A DNA stretch of 64,000 nucleotides from an uncultured Verrucomicrobiota bacterium (GCA_964478815.1 CAYZKY010000007.1:14512-78511), one strand, 5' to 3'. Shown: positions 36,777-46,630, counted from the stretch's first letter. Program-made: numbers and translations. The notes: generated by a model not told the origin, from the sequence alone.

Positions 36777-37302
36777 CAACGTAGCCGATGGCCTGGCCAA
36801 CATGGGGCGAAGCGGCTTTCCCACCGCCTTACAGATCGTCGATTTTTACCACGCGCTGGAACATGCCGGAAGAATCCTGGTGGCGCTCCTTGGAAGCAAA
36901 GAACATCCCGACTACAAAAAGCGCCTCAGCCGATGGGCCAGGCTGCTGCTGAAGAACGCAGTGGAAAAGCTCATGGCCCAGGCCCGCTTAGAATCCCCGG
37001 GCAAAAGCTGCGCGGCTGAGGCCAAAGAGGAACTGCACTACTTCGAGGCGAACGTCAGCCGAATGCAGTATGGCACGTTCCGCAAGCGGCGCCTGTTCAT
37101 CGGTTCAGAGGTGGTCGAAGCCGGTTGCAAGACGGACATCGGGGCTCGCTACAAGCAATCCGGCATGTTCTGGCGCCAGCGCGGAGCCGAATGCGTCCTG
37201 GCCCTTCGTTGCATTCATTCCAGCCGCCGCTTGGAGACCTTCTGGAAAGAACGCCTCAACGCCAGTGCTGCCGGAACCGACTGCCTCTCCCTGGGTGCCT
37301 GA
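36777..37302 (+). pseudogene. ISKra4-like transposase, C-terminal fragment
   Basis: ..FPTALQIVDFYHALEH..HYFEANVSRMQYGTFRKRRLFIGSEVVEAGCKTDIGARYKQSGMFWRQRGAECVLALRC. Starts immediately after the repA stop. No N-terminal part. Confidence 0.7.
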
Positions 37303-37495
37303 AGAAATCTTTCCTGCGCCCTGCTGCAGTCATTTTGAAACTTAAGAATTGACCCAACCTCCCGCCGCTATAGACTTCGATCAGAGGTTCTTGCCCGACG
37401 CACTTAACAGGGAAGGAATTTTCCGCTTTCCGAGGAGGTTCAAGTAGCGCCGAGCCAAGTTCCACATCCTCTTGCCACATCCTGGAGAAATTCGA

Positions 37496-39658
37496 ATGAG
37501 AATGATGTCTAAAGGTCTTTTGCTCGCGACGACCATCCTGTTCTGCATTTTAGCCCATGCCACAACGTCAGCAGCGGAGAACGAATTGGGAGTTGGATGG
37601 AGCTTGGTGCACGGCCCCATCCTCTTACGCCTTGGCCCAGAAGAGAGATCAGCGACATTCGATTTACAGCTAAAACATGGGTCTGTCGATCCGGCTCCGC
37701 TGGCGTTGACTGTCACCGACTTCACGAGCAAGACAACCGACCAAATACTTGGAACTCAGATCCGTTTGCTGACGGCGGAAGGCAAGCCACTGTCCGAATC
37801 CCTCACCGTCACGGGCAAGCTAGCACTCGTAAGGGTTGAGGCCACCAATCTTTGGGAAGCTGGAGAAATGGAGGCGCAAATCTTAAACGGAACCAACTGG
37901 GTAGGTCGGATTACCGCCTTTCGAGATCGCGCTCCGTTCAAGTTGAAACCGATGAACCCACCGAATGGTGGGGAGGTTGTTTTCGGGCAAGGCACTCAAG
38001 CCTATTTGACGCTCACGAACGAGGATGCGATGACCTATGTGTTCGATTGGGCGCTACGCGTTGGAAACGGGATGATTGAGGGGACGAATGGATTCGTAGC
38101 GCCCCATTCGACGACCGAAATTCGGCTGGCCGTGCCCGACGATTGGTTTTCTCCGGTGCGGCCGTTCAAAGATGACACCAAAGAGGGAAGCCTGGTCCTC
38201 AAGCTGCGTCCGCGTTCGACGGTCGCATCGGTCAACTGGCCGGAACGGACCTTCCCGTTCTCAGCACGGTTGCAGTACCGGTTCGGGGGCCTGGCCACGC
38301 TCGCCATCTTGGGCTTGCTACTGCTGGGTGCCATGTTTTCGCTGGCGCTAAATCTTTGGGTTCCCAATCAACTCAAAAAATCGAGAATCGAGGAAGAGCT
38401 TCATGGGTTGAAGGACAAAGTTCGCGGACTTAGCTGCCAGATTGACTCGAGGCCACGCGTCGCCGCCGATGTCGAATTGAGCCGAATCGAAGCAGACTTG
38501 AGGTCTCGATATACCTGGAGTCCCGATTTTGTGAACGATCTAGAGAGATTACAAAAGCAGCTGCCGTTGCATGCTTCACGCATTGAATTGCTCCTGATTG
38601 TGGACGGCCTCCACAGCCAGATGGTTGGACAGGCCAGCAGAGCTGGCTCCGCATTCACCGAAAGAGCCTTGGAGCATCTCGCAAAAGCAGCCCAATTGCT
38701 GGCAAGCATTCAATTGACCGAGAACATAATCGCTGCTGCAAAAAAGAGCATCGATGCGGCTGCCGGGTGGGTGGAAACCGGGACTGAACAGCAAAAGGCG
38801 TTCGCTGACGAACTGGCCTCATTAATCAAATATTTGCTGCCGTTGGCGGGAGGGAGCAGCCACGAAGAGCGTTATGTTCCGTTTCGCGCCAAGCTCAAAC
38901 ATTTGTTTGACGAGCTTACCGTTGAGAACGCCGACCCCGCGAAAATTCGAAAGGAGCGATTGGGGGAAATATATTTTGCCGCAAACGGACTGGAAATCCT
39001 GCGAAGCTACGTTGCGGCTCGTGAGAATAGAGCGCCCAACGAGAAAGACATTCAGATTCAAAATGCGCTCGCGCGAGGAACGTGCGACGGATTAAGAGAC
39101 GCGAGAAGGCTCCTTCTGGAGGCGCGGGGCGCGCCGGACGGCCAAGAGGTGGTGGAAGCCATCGCCAGCGGGTCGGTGACAATCGTCAGCGACCCGGTGA
39201 TCCGACAGAATCGGACCGCGCGCTTTGCCGCGGAATTTTGGAGCAAGGAGTTCCAAGCCGCAGCCGCCGCCATGGGCTGTGCTGTCGAATGGGATTTTGA
39301 CGATGGCTTCCAGGAGAGTGGATGGGAAGTAGCACACTATTTTGCCAAGCCCGGGGATTACGCGGTCACGGCGCGGTTTCGTTTGGCGGATGGAAAGCGG
39401 CTGCAAAAGGCCGATGGAACAGAGATCGTATCCGGAAAAGCCCTGAGTGTGATCCCCACCGAACGACCACGGTTCCGGGAAAAAACCTGGGCAGAAGCCA
39501 TTTTGCTATGTAGCGCGATTCTGATCGCAGTCATTGGGTTGCTCGGGGGAGCCAAGGATCAGGTGGTAAAGCTTGATTTTGAGGCTGCGATTATTGCCGT
39601 TTTCCTGCTGGGCTTTACGGCCGACACCATCAAAAACCTTCTGACCAAGAAGTCGTAA
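37496..39658 (+). CDS. membrane protein with signal peptide, central TM, helical region and PKD-like domain; function unknown
   Basis: MRMMSKGLLLATTILFCILAHATTSAAEN, TM LATLAILGLLLLGAMFSLALNLWV, PKD-like VEWDFDDGFQESGWEVAHYFAKPGDYAVTARF, two C-terminal TM helices. Visibly lower GC. Confidence 0.7.
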   Translation: MRMMSKGLLLATTILFCILAHATTSAAENELGVGWSLVHGPILLRLGPEERSATFDLQLKHGSVDPAPLALTVTDFTSKTTDQILGTQIRLLTAEGKPLSESLTVTGKLALVRVEATNLWEAGEMEAQILNGTNWVGRITAFRDRAPFKLKPMNPPNGGEVVFGQGTQAYLTLTNEDAMTYVFDWALRVGNGMIEGTNGFVAPHSTTEIRLAVPDDWFSPVRPFKDDTKEGSLVLKLRPRSTVASVNWPERTFPFSARLQYRFGGLATLAILGLLLLGAMFSLALNLWVPNQLKKSRIEEELHGLKDKVRGLSCQIDSRPRVAADVELSRIEADLRSRYTWSPDFVNDLERLQKQLPLHASRIELLLIVDGLHSQMVGQASRAGSAFTERALEHLAKAAQLLASIQLTENIIAAAKKSIDAAAGWVETGTEQQKAFADELASLIKYLLPLAGGSSHEERYVPFRAKLKHLFDELTVENADPAKIRKERLGEIYFAANGLEILRSYVAARENRAPNEKDIQIQNALARGTCDGLRDARRLLLEARGAPDGQEVVEAIASGSVTIVSDPVIRQNRTARFAAEFWSKEFQAAAAAMGCAVEWDFDDGFQESGWEVAHYFAKPGDYAVTARFRLADGKRLQKADGTEIVSGKALSVIPTERPRFREKTWAEAILLCSAILIAVIGLLGGAKDQVVKLDFEAAIIAVFLLGFTADTIKNLLTKKS

Positions 39659-39926
39659 TGCAGTCCCGATTCACAAAAGTCCGTTAGAAAGCCTTTTTCA
39701 AGAATTGCCTGTCCAATGCAAACACAACTGGGCAATACGCGGAGATAGCGCCGACAAACGAAGCAGGCATCTGAGTGATACGACCCAGGCTCCAGCGCTT
39801 TTGAGATGCCACACCTTTTGACCGCCGTTTCCATTTTACCTTGGCGAACGATCACCGTTGACCGAGTAGGGCAGGCATTCCCGGATGGCGTTGCCTGCCG
39901 GGCGAAAAAGATGATATGCTGGGACT

Positions 39927-40163
39927 ATGGACACTCAACCATCGGACACCGTTTGGATCGAGCGCGACCCGGCCCGGCTGGGGGGCGTCCCGGTCTTCCG
40001 GGGGACACGCGTGCCGGTCAAAAGCTTGTTCGATCACCTCCAGGCGGGGGATTCGGTGGAGGAATTTCTGGATGACTTTCCCGGAGTGAGCCGCGCCGGA
40101 GTCGAATCGATCCTCGCGCTCGCGGCGCGTAAAGTCCTGGACGGCATCGCCGTCCAGCTGTAA
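39927..40163 (+). CDS. DUF433-domain protein (orphan antitoxin-like)
   Basis: IERDPARLGGVPVFRGTRVPVKSLFDHLQAGDSVEEFLDDFPGVSRAGVESIL. There is no partner toxin; an IS21 remnant follows. Confidence 0.7.
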   Translation: MDTQPSDTVWIERDPARLGGVPVFRGTRVPVKSLFDHLQAGDSVEEFLDDFPGVSRAGVESILALAARKVLDGIAVQL

Positions 40164-40229
40164 GCGCCGTTTGAAAATGGCGGCAGTCGGGCGGTTGAAA
40201 AGTGCGGCACCTTCAAATAACGGTGAAGG

Positions 40230-40985
40230 ATGTATCGCGCTATGGACGACTGGAGTGAGATTCGCAGACGGGTGTTGGTGGAAGGGGTGAGCCGGCCGCA
40301 GATCCTGCGGGAGCGGAAGATGCACTGGCGGACGTTGGGGAAGATTTTGGCGCACAGCGCCCCGCCAGGCTACCGGCAGGAGAAGCCCCGGGGGAAAAGG
40401 AAGCTTGGGGATTATCTGGTCCGGATCGAACACATCTTGAAAGAAGACCAGGCGATGCCGCGCAAGCAACGGCACACGGCCAAGCGGATCTGGGAACGAT
40501 TGCGGGAGGAGGGCTTCACGGGTGGATATACCGTGGTGAAGGAGGCGGTGCGGGCGTTCACCCAGAAGAACCAGGAAGTAGTTGTGACGCTGGCCCATCC
40601 TCCGGGAGAGGCACAGGTGGATTTTGGCCAGGCGCTGGCCCGGATCGGGGGCGCGTTGCGCACAGTGGCCTTCTTCGTGATGGCGCTGCCGTATAGCGGC
40701 GCGGTGTTTGTGCAGGCGTTTGAGCGGGAATGCACGGAGACGTTCTGGGAAGGGCATGTGCAGGCGTTGGCGTTCTTCGGAGGCGTTCCCCGGCGCATCA
40801 CCTATGACAACACGAAGGTGGCGGTGAGCCAGGTTCTGGGCCGGGAGCGGCGTCTGACGCAGGGCTTCCTTGAACTCAAGAGCCACTATCTCTTCGCCCA
40901 CCATTTCTGCCGGGTGGCCCGAGGCAACGAGAAGGGCGTGGTGGAGGGGTTGGTCAAGTTCACGCGACTCCGCTCCATGGTCTGA
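40230..40985 (+). pseudogene. istA: IS21-family transposase IstA, N-terminal half only
   Basis: ..EIRRRVLVEGVSRPQILRE..RHTAKRIWERLREEGFTGGYTVVKEAV..GEAQVDFGQA..LPYSGAVFVQAF..ITYDNTKVAV..ARGNEKGVVEGLV, then truncated. No istB. Confidence 0.8.
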
Positions 40986-41271
40986 ATCTCGGCAATTTGG
41001 GTGAGCAGATTTTGAGCGACGCTGAAAGTATTCACAGCACAAAGGTCTAGCATGCTAGACCTTATGTCACGCATAAAAACCATAGACGCGATTTCAGAAG
41101 TTTTCTGTCATGCGCCCGTGAAATAGTATTTCACTAGGGTTGGAAATTCAGATTGACCTCCGATTATTGGAGAGGTAACACTGGACGGTCGGGAAGTGAC
41201 GCTCCCGTCCATCATGACTCTTTTGCCTTTAGCGCATGATGTGGGGTTTTTGCAACGAAACCCCCAGAGTT

Positions 41272-41298
41272 AACGGCTCCTTCGGGAGCCGTTTTTTT
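41272..41298 (+). terminator. intrinsic-terminator-like hairpin with T-run
   Basis: AACGGCTCC-TTCG-GGAGCCGTT followed by TTTTT. Preceded by a second hairpin TGGGGTTT..AAACCCCA (41242-41265). Confidence 0.55.
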
Positions 41299-41553
41299 CA
41301 TTCAAACCGCGCGAGAATGTTCGTGAAGAGCTTAGCGCAGAATCGTTGCCACTACGGCATCGCACGCGCGTCAAACCAAGCGGCCCATTGTAGGCCGGGC
41401 CAAATCGCCTCAAGGTCGTGCCCCCGCCTCCCTCCGCCTCCACCTTGACCAGATTTGACCCGGCAGGGGCCTGCTCCTAAGGTTTGACGCGGGGAAGTGC
41501 TGCACGCGGAAAGAGACTCGAAGGGAAGGGGATTCGACTTTCCAGCAAAATCG

Positions 41554-41799
41554 CTAACGGCTTCGGCTTTGCCCCTGCTCCTGTTTTGATTGCTGCGCCT
41601 GGGCGATCTCCTGGCGCGTTTTCTCCGCTTTCTGTCGCCGTTTTTCCGGAGACAGATCCCACTGCTTACGGACCGCGTCTTGCACCAAAGTGCGGTGCTT
41701 TTCCGTGAGCGGATGACGCTTGGCCCAACCCGCTTGCGCAGCCTGGGCGAGCTTTTCCAGCTTCGCTTCTTCTTTGGCAGTGTCGTCCGGCACAGGCAT
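41554..41799 (-). CDS. small charged helical protein co-transcribed with the sigma factor
   Basis: 81 aa, K/E/Q-rich (MPVPDDTAKEEAKLEKLAQAAQAGWAKRHPLTEKH..). Starts 3 nt after the sigma stop. A near-identical copy lies at 51838-52077. Confidence 0.6.
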   Translation of the reverse strand: MPVPDDTAKEEAKLEKLAQAAQAGWAKRHPLTEKHRTLVQDAVRKQWDLSPEKRRQKAEKTRQEIAQAQQSKQEQGQSRSR

Positions 41800-41802
41800 A
41801 GC

Positions 41803-42378
41803 TTATTCCTTGATGAGCTTCCGCGCGAGTTTCAAACAACGCTGGACGCGCTTGGTTGCCGCCGCTTCGGTGATCCCGAGTTCTTCCCCGAGGAGGGCGA
41901 AGGAGAGCCCCACGACAAACCGATCCCACAGATAGTTCACACAGGGCGGATCGCTCTTTTTGATAAGGTCCATCGCCGCTTCCAGGTCGGCCCGGTCGGT
42001 GGGGGAAAGGCTTTTGTTGTCGATGAAACCCGCAAGGGCCTCCCGCAGCAGTTCGGGGTCCACAAGGGTTTGCACGGTTGTCTTTCTGCCTCGAAATTGG
42101 TCGGCAATCTTGTGTCGCGCGAAGCCATAGCACCAGCGCATGAATCTGTCCGCGTCGGCGCTTCCGAAACTCGGCAAAGTTTCGACGATCCCCACCAAAG
42201 TTTCCTGGTAGGCATCTTCCCACGCATCGTTCTTGGGGGAGTTCCAGGGAAAACGGCTTCGAATGTAGCGGCTCAGCTCGGGGCCGACCAGGTCAATGAT
42301 CTTCTCCACCAGTAGCTCCGCCTCGGCCAGACTGCGGCAATCCTGGTAGCGGCTCAATAATTCGGGAAGCGTGTCCAA
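41803..42378 (-). CDS. sigma-70 family (ECF-like) RNA polymerase sigma factor
   Basis: Region 2-like DAWEDAYQETLVGIVETLPSF..FMRWCYGFARHKIADQFR. Region 4 HTH LSFALLGEELGITEAAATKRVQRCLKLARKLI. A probable TTG start at 42378 aligns with the ATG of copy 2. Confidence 0.75.
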   Translation of the reverse strand: MDTLPELLSRYQDCRSLAEAELLVEKIIDLVGPELSRYIRSRFPWNSPKNDAWEDAYQETLVGIVETLPSFGSADADRFMRWCYGFARHKIADQFRGRKTTVQTLVDPELLREALAGFIDNKSLSPTDRADLEAAMDLIKKSDPPCVNYLWDRFVVGLSFALLGEELGITEAAATKRVQRCLKLARKLIKE

Positions 42379-42551
42379 ACCATCTATCGGCAATGCAAAA
42401 GCTCCGTCTCTGATGCCGGATCGCTTCTCGAAAAACGAGCAAAAAATTGTTTGTCCGAAATTCTTTGAAACTCCCGACATGCCTGTTGGAACGGCTGCAC
42501 GCGGTTTGGCCGCGTGCAGCACACAACAAAATCGAAAAAGGGATTGCTGCG

Positions 42552-42866
42552 ATGAACAACACGAATCTTGCGTTGCTCTCCATTCTGGGGCCACCGGCAC
42601 GGCTGAATGTCGAGCAAACTTCGATGAAGCTCAATTGCCAGGTGCATGACATTCGAACGTTGATTAATGCGAGGCTCCTCAAACCGCTCGGTATTCCGCC
42701 GCCGTCCGGGGTGAAATATTTCGCAACCGCAGAAATTGTCGAACTTTCTTCCGATCCCATCTGGCTTTCCCAAGCCACCAGCGCCATTTACGGGCATTGG
42801 AAGCTACAGAACGCGGGGAGGAATCGCTCGATGCCAGAGGGGAGTGCGCGTTTCAAAAGGCAATGA
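42552..42866 (+). CDS. small HTH (excisionase/MerR-like) DNA-binding protein
   Basis: MNNTNLALLSILGPPARLNVEQTSMKLNCQVHDIRTLINARLLKPLG. Divergent from the sigma gene. Its stop overlaps the methylase ATG (AATGA). Confidence 0.6.
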   Translation: MNNTNLALLSILGPPARLNVEQTSMKLNCQVHDIRTLINARLLKPLGIPPPSGVKYFATAEIVELSSDPIWLSQATSAIYGHWKLQNAGRNRSMPEGSARFKRQ

Positions 42867-43340
42867 AGGTCGCGCATCCGCTGTGGCCACTTAAGCTGGC
42901 GGCCAGCTCCAGTCCGGTCGGTAGCCGCTGTGCCGTCCACTTCTCCTCTCGTTCCGAAGAGTGGCCGACGCCCCAATGGTTTTTCGATCTGCTCAACGAT
43001 GAATTTCACTTCACGCTCGATCCTTGCGCTACCCCTGAAAATGCCAAGTGTGTGCGTTACTTCACAAAGGGCGAGGACGGGCTATGCATGGACTGAGGCC
43101 TTCACGTTTCATGAATCCTCCCTACGGACGGGAGTTCAGGCGGTGGACGGAGAAGGCGGTTGAGGCTGCTCGGCAGGGTGCCCTCGTCGTGTGTCTGGTG
43201 CCCACCCGCACCGATACCCATTGGTGGCACGATTATGCGATGCAAGGCGAGGTAAGATTTCTCAAGCGACGGCTGAAGTTGGGAAATTCCCTCTCCAGTG
43301 CTCCTTTTCCCAGTGTGATTGTAATCTTCCGTCCGCGCAA
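42863..43340 (+). pseudogene. phage-type DNA N6-adenine methyltransferase (Dam family), frameshifted
   Basis: ..EEWPTPQWFFDLLNDEFHFTLDPCA..KGEDGLCMD-stop. The next frame reads ..RFMNPPYGREFRRWTEKAV..LVPTRTDTHWWHD..VRFLKRRLKLG. This looks like a 1-nt loss near 43090-43095. Confidence 0.75.
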
Positions 43341-43342
43341 TC

Positions 43343-43486
43343 GATCATCCCGCCGAATTTCGCCGTCCAGCCGTAAGAGGTCGCGGTGCTGATGTTGTGC
43401 CGGGCGCAGACCGCCTGGACCGATGTCCCCTCCGCTTCGCGGAGGAGCCCGATGATCTGCTCTTGGTTGAATCGACTTTTTCTCAT
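43343..43486 (-). pseudogene. IS3-family orfA (HTH) N-terminal fragment
   Basis: MRKSRFNQEQIIGLLREAEGTSVQAVCARHNISTATSYGWTAKFGGM, then homology is lost. Confidence 0.7.
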
Positions 43487-43697
43487 GGGTTCTGCTGCTT
43501 TCTTCTCGCAGCAGAACTCCAGCAATGTCACGTCCACTTTCCCGGGGTCAGGCCAAGGCGTCCAACGGCTGAGGTCAGGTCGCGGTTCACTCGCATAAAC
43601 TCCGTCACGCGGAGTCCGTCAAGATTCTCAGAGGCGATCTCAACGGGGGTTGGGAAGTGCTTGCTTCGCTGGCTTCAAGCAATGGTCTGATTTCCCC

Positions 43698-45056
43698 TCA
43701 GGGACTCCTGTGCCGTGCCGCTTCTAAGAGCACGCGACCGAGGATGGAGGGGCGGAAGAAATGCGAAAGCGGTTTGCGCTGGTGCATGACGCGCAAAAAG
43801 GTAGTATAAACCTTTGCATCCCTGGCCGATAACTTGAATACCTTGTCCGCGTACCATTGCAGAAATGTCGTCGAACGGGGACGGAATCCTTCAATTGCCT
43901 TGTATCGATAAGCTTCGCTTGAGGTCACCCTCCAGGACGGTCGCAACAGTTGGGCCTGTCGGGTGTGAAAGTTCCGACCAGTTGGCGGTCTGTTCTGGTT
44001 AAAGGCTTGAAGCCACTTATGGAGCAACCACGCCTCTTGAGCGCAGAGCGCCATGCCTTGGCCGAAGAGTGGGTCCAGGCAGCAGACCGCGTCACCCAGG
44101 ACAACAATTCCGTCGGGAAATCGGACGCTTCGCTCGAAATGCCTCCATCGCTGACGAGGGAATCGAAAGAGAACCACCTCCGAGAGCGGCTCGGCGTGCT
44201 GGATCGCCTCGAATAGATCTGGCCGGGGGAGGTTCCGGGCGAATTCCAGAAAACCGTCTTCCGAATGGCTTGGATGATCTCCAACATATCCGACCAGGGA
44301 GACCAGCCAGCGATCCCTTTCCACCGAAAATACATAACCACCGCGAGTTTCCTCTGGCGCTTTCGGAAAAACTACGAGCGCTTTCCAATCTACCTTGGCA
44401 CTGGCCGGGCGTTTGTACAAGCGGCTTGCGTAGCCCACGTTCAGCGCGACTTGCTCCTCGGGGACCGGCGGAACACCCCACGGGCGCAACCACTGGCTGA
44501 GCTGTGAATGCCGTCCGCTGGCGTCCACTACGAACTCCGCGACAATCGTTTCGCCGGTTTGCGTCATCAACCGCAGGCCGCTTCGCGGAGGGGTTTCGCC
44601 GGGCGCGATGCCCGTCAACCGCGTCGCAAATCGAAAGTGCACGTTTCGAACCTGTTGCAGCTCCTCAAAGAGGCAGGACTGCAAGAGAGACCGCGTTTGC
44701 AAAAACCCGTTCATATCGCTCGCAAATCTCAACTTTCGGACGCGGTAATGGAAGAATTGGAAATCGTGCGCGAAATCCACCGGAATCGCTCCCGCGGAAG
44801 CGAGCCTCGCTTCAAATCCCGGAAACAGTCGCTTCAGGATGTCGAGTCCGCCCGTGAGCAGCGTATGCACATGGCCAGACTGTGCCGTTTCGTGCTGACC
44901 TCCCCGACCCAAGACCTCAGGGCTGGCCTCCAGGACCGTGACGTGTTGAAAATGCGCGGCCAGAACGCGCGCTGCCAATAAGCCCGCGATGCTTCCGCCG
45001 ATGACAGCAGCGTGCTGGCCGATCTTGGATGACGCCGCCAGGGAGCTTTCAATCAT
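43698..45056 (-). CDS. FAD-dependent (group A flavoprotein) monooxygenase-like oxidoreductase
   Basis: Start MIESS.. overlaps the upstream stop (ATGA). AAVIGGSIAGLLAARVLA (GxGxxG), VVDASGRHS, VLGDAVCCLDPLFGQGM. Confidence 0.8.
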   Translation of the reverse strand: MIESSLAASSKIGQHAAVIGGSIAGLLAARVLAAHFQHVTVLEASPEVLGRGGQHETAQSGHVHTLLTGGLDILKRLFPGFEARLASAGAIPVDFAHDFQFFHYRVRKLRFASDMNGFLQTRSLLQSCLFEELQQVRNVHFRFATRLTGIAPGETPPRSGLRLMTQTGETIVAEFVVDASGRHSQLSQWLRPWGVPPVPEEQVALNVGYASRLYKRPASAKVDWKALVVFPKAPEETRGGYVFSVERDRWLVSLVGYVGDHPSHSEDGFLEFARNLPRPDLFEAIQHAEPLSEVVLFRFPRQRWRHFERSVRFPDGIVVLGDAVCCLDPLFGQGMALCAQEAWLLHKWLQAFNQNRPPTGRNFHTRQAQLLRPSWRVTSSEAYRYKAIEGFRPRSTTFLQWYADKVFKLSARDAKVYTTFLRVMHQRKPLSHFFRPSILGRVLLEAARHRSP

Positions 45057-46630
45057 CGCAGACGCAACCATTGCCACAGGCACCATGAGTAGACGAGCCC
45101 AAGGGTGGTCCAAAGCAGGCTGCGCAGTTCTACTCCAAGAACTCTGGGCAGCTGGGGGATGGTCAAAAGCACGGCGACGCTGATCGCTAGGAGGGCTCCG
45201 GCGACAAGGCGCGTCCTTCGATTGCGGAGCCGCGCTTCCCGCGGGCTTTCGCAGGAAGCGACCTGGAACTGATAGCGGCCGTCCGAGAGCTCCGAGAGCA
45301 GCCGGAGAAGATCCTCCGGCGCTTGTCGGCAAAGTTGCAGGAGAGCCAAGCCCCAGTGTTCGGCTGCATCCACCGTGACCGCCTTCCTCGTCTCCCGCCG
45401 CCGCACCTCCCCGAAGTAGGCCCGAGCCATCTGGTTTAGTTCCTCCGTATCGCCAAGCCGATACGCCACTGAGACCGAGGCAAGGAGGGCTCGGTACATG
45501 GAGAGAAGGCGCGGCGGGACCTGGAATCGATGCTGGTGGGCCAGGCGGAACGCCCTCACTAGAATCTCCGCCATGGCCGGTTTGCTCCCGCTGGCAGTGC
45601 TGCTAGATGCCTCTTTGCCAACAGCACGGCTGTCACGCCAGCGGCGCAGTTCATGCAAAAAGTCGAGCCGAAAGGCCCCTGGATCGGTCTCCGCCGTGGG
45701 CATCAAGAGGTCCTCGAAGGCGCGCACGATCTGCTCGTCGCCACCCTCATAGAGCGCCGTTAGATAGCGAAGATGATGAGCGCGAAATTCAGGGTCCAAG
45801 TGATCGCAAAGTCCGAAGTCGACGAATCCAACCCGATCCCCCGGCAGGGCAATCAGGTTTCCGGGATGGGGATCGGCGTGGAAGTACTGGTGCTCGAAGA
45901 TTTGGCGCAAGACTGAGGACAAGAGATGCCGGGCAAACCGGGGTCGATCGATTGAGCCGAGCGCGTCCTTGTTTGCACCCAATGGCTCGAGCAGTTCCGT
46001 AACTGGAATTCCTTCAAGAAACTCGCACGTCAAGACCCGGCGGGAGGAAAACTCGGCAAACGCTTTTGGAATCTGATCGCAGTCACTTTCGCGGCCAAGG
46101 CGGCGCAACGTGCGCATGCTTTCGAGCTCTCTCCGAAAGTCGACCTCCTGAAGAAGCCATCGCTCCAGTTCCACGAATGTATCGCGCAGGGAGAAAGGAA
46201 AACCGCTTCCACCGAGGTCGAGGAGTTGCCCCCAGCGGGCAAGTTTCTTTAGGTCCTCTCGAATTCGATCTTCAAGGCCGGGCCTTTGGATCTTGACTGC
46301 AACTACCGTTCCGTCCGGCAGAGTGCCTCGATACGTTTGAGCAAGCGAGCCGGAGGCTACCGGGATTGTTGCAAACGTCTCGAACACGGCCTCGGGGCGA
46401 CGTTGGAATTCCTCGACGAACACTCGCTCCATCTCGGGCCACGGTGCAGCTGGCACTCGATCAAAAAGGCGCATCAGTTCGTCGCAATACGCCTGAGGAA
46501 GCACATCGGGGCGAAGCGCCAGGAATTGGCCCACCTTGACAAAGATTGGCCCCATGCGTTCCAGTCGCATTCGAACCTCGCTCGGACTGCCGAGAGCCTG
46601 CGCTGCGGCTTTGCGCAGAACCCTGGTCAT
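45053..46630 (-). CDS. ABC1/UbiB-family atypical kinase (copy 2)
   Basis: Start MTRVLRK.. overlaps the upstream stop (ATGA). GPIFVKVGQFLALRPDVLP, SGSLAQTYRGTLPDGTVVAVKIQRPG, FHADPHPGN, VDFG. C-terminal TM helices. Confidence 0.85.
   Translation of the reverse strand: MTRVLRKAAAQALGSPSEVRMRLERMGPIFVKVGQFLALRPDVLPQAYCDELMRLFDRVPAAPWPEMERVFVEEFQRRPEAVFETFATIPVASGSLAQTYRGTLPDGTVVAVKIQRPGLEDRIREDLKKLARWGQLLDLGGSGFPFSLRDTFVELERWLLQEVDFRRELESMRTLRRLGRESDCDQIPKAFAEFSSRRVLTCEFLEGIPVTELLEPLGANKDALGSIDRPRFARHLLSSVLRQIFEHQYFHADPHPGNLIALPGDRVGFVDFGLCDHLDPEFRAHHLRYLTALYEGGDEQIVRAFEDLLMPTAETDPGAFRLDFLHELRRWRDSRAVGKEASSSTASGSKPAMAEILVRAFRLAHQHRFQVPPRLLSMYRALLASVSVAYRLGDTEELNQMARAYFGEVRRRETRKAVTVDAAEHWGLALLQLCRQAPEDLLRLLSELSDGRYQFQVASCESPREARLRNRRTRLVAGALLAISVAVLLTIPQLPRVLGVELRSLLWTTLGLVYSWCLWQWLRLR

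Larger units (their letters stand above)
41195..42960. repeat. ~1.75-kb direct repeat, copy 1 (hairpins + conserved non-coding + small ORF + sigma + HTH + methylase 5-prime end)
   Basis: Colinear by eye with 51470-53225. The small ORFs are nearly identical, and the sigma and HTH proteins are clearly paralogous. Confidence 0.8.

Noticed and set aside
42863-43340. Frameshift in the Dam-type methylase, considered as programmed frameshifting
   Set aside because: Restoring one G in GACTGAGG (to GACTGGAGG) gives the expected ..DGLCMDW-RPSRFMNPPYG.. continuity. There is no slippery heptamer or downstream structure, and copy 2 of the gene is also destroyed. The simplest reading is a pseudogene or a sequencing error.
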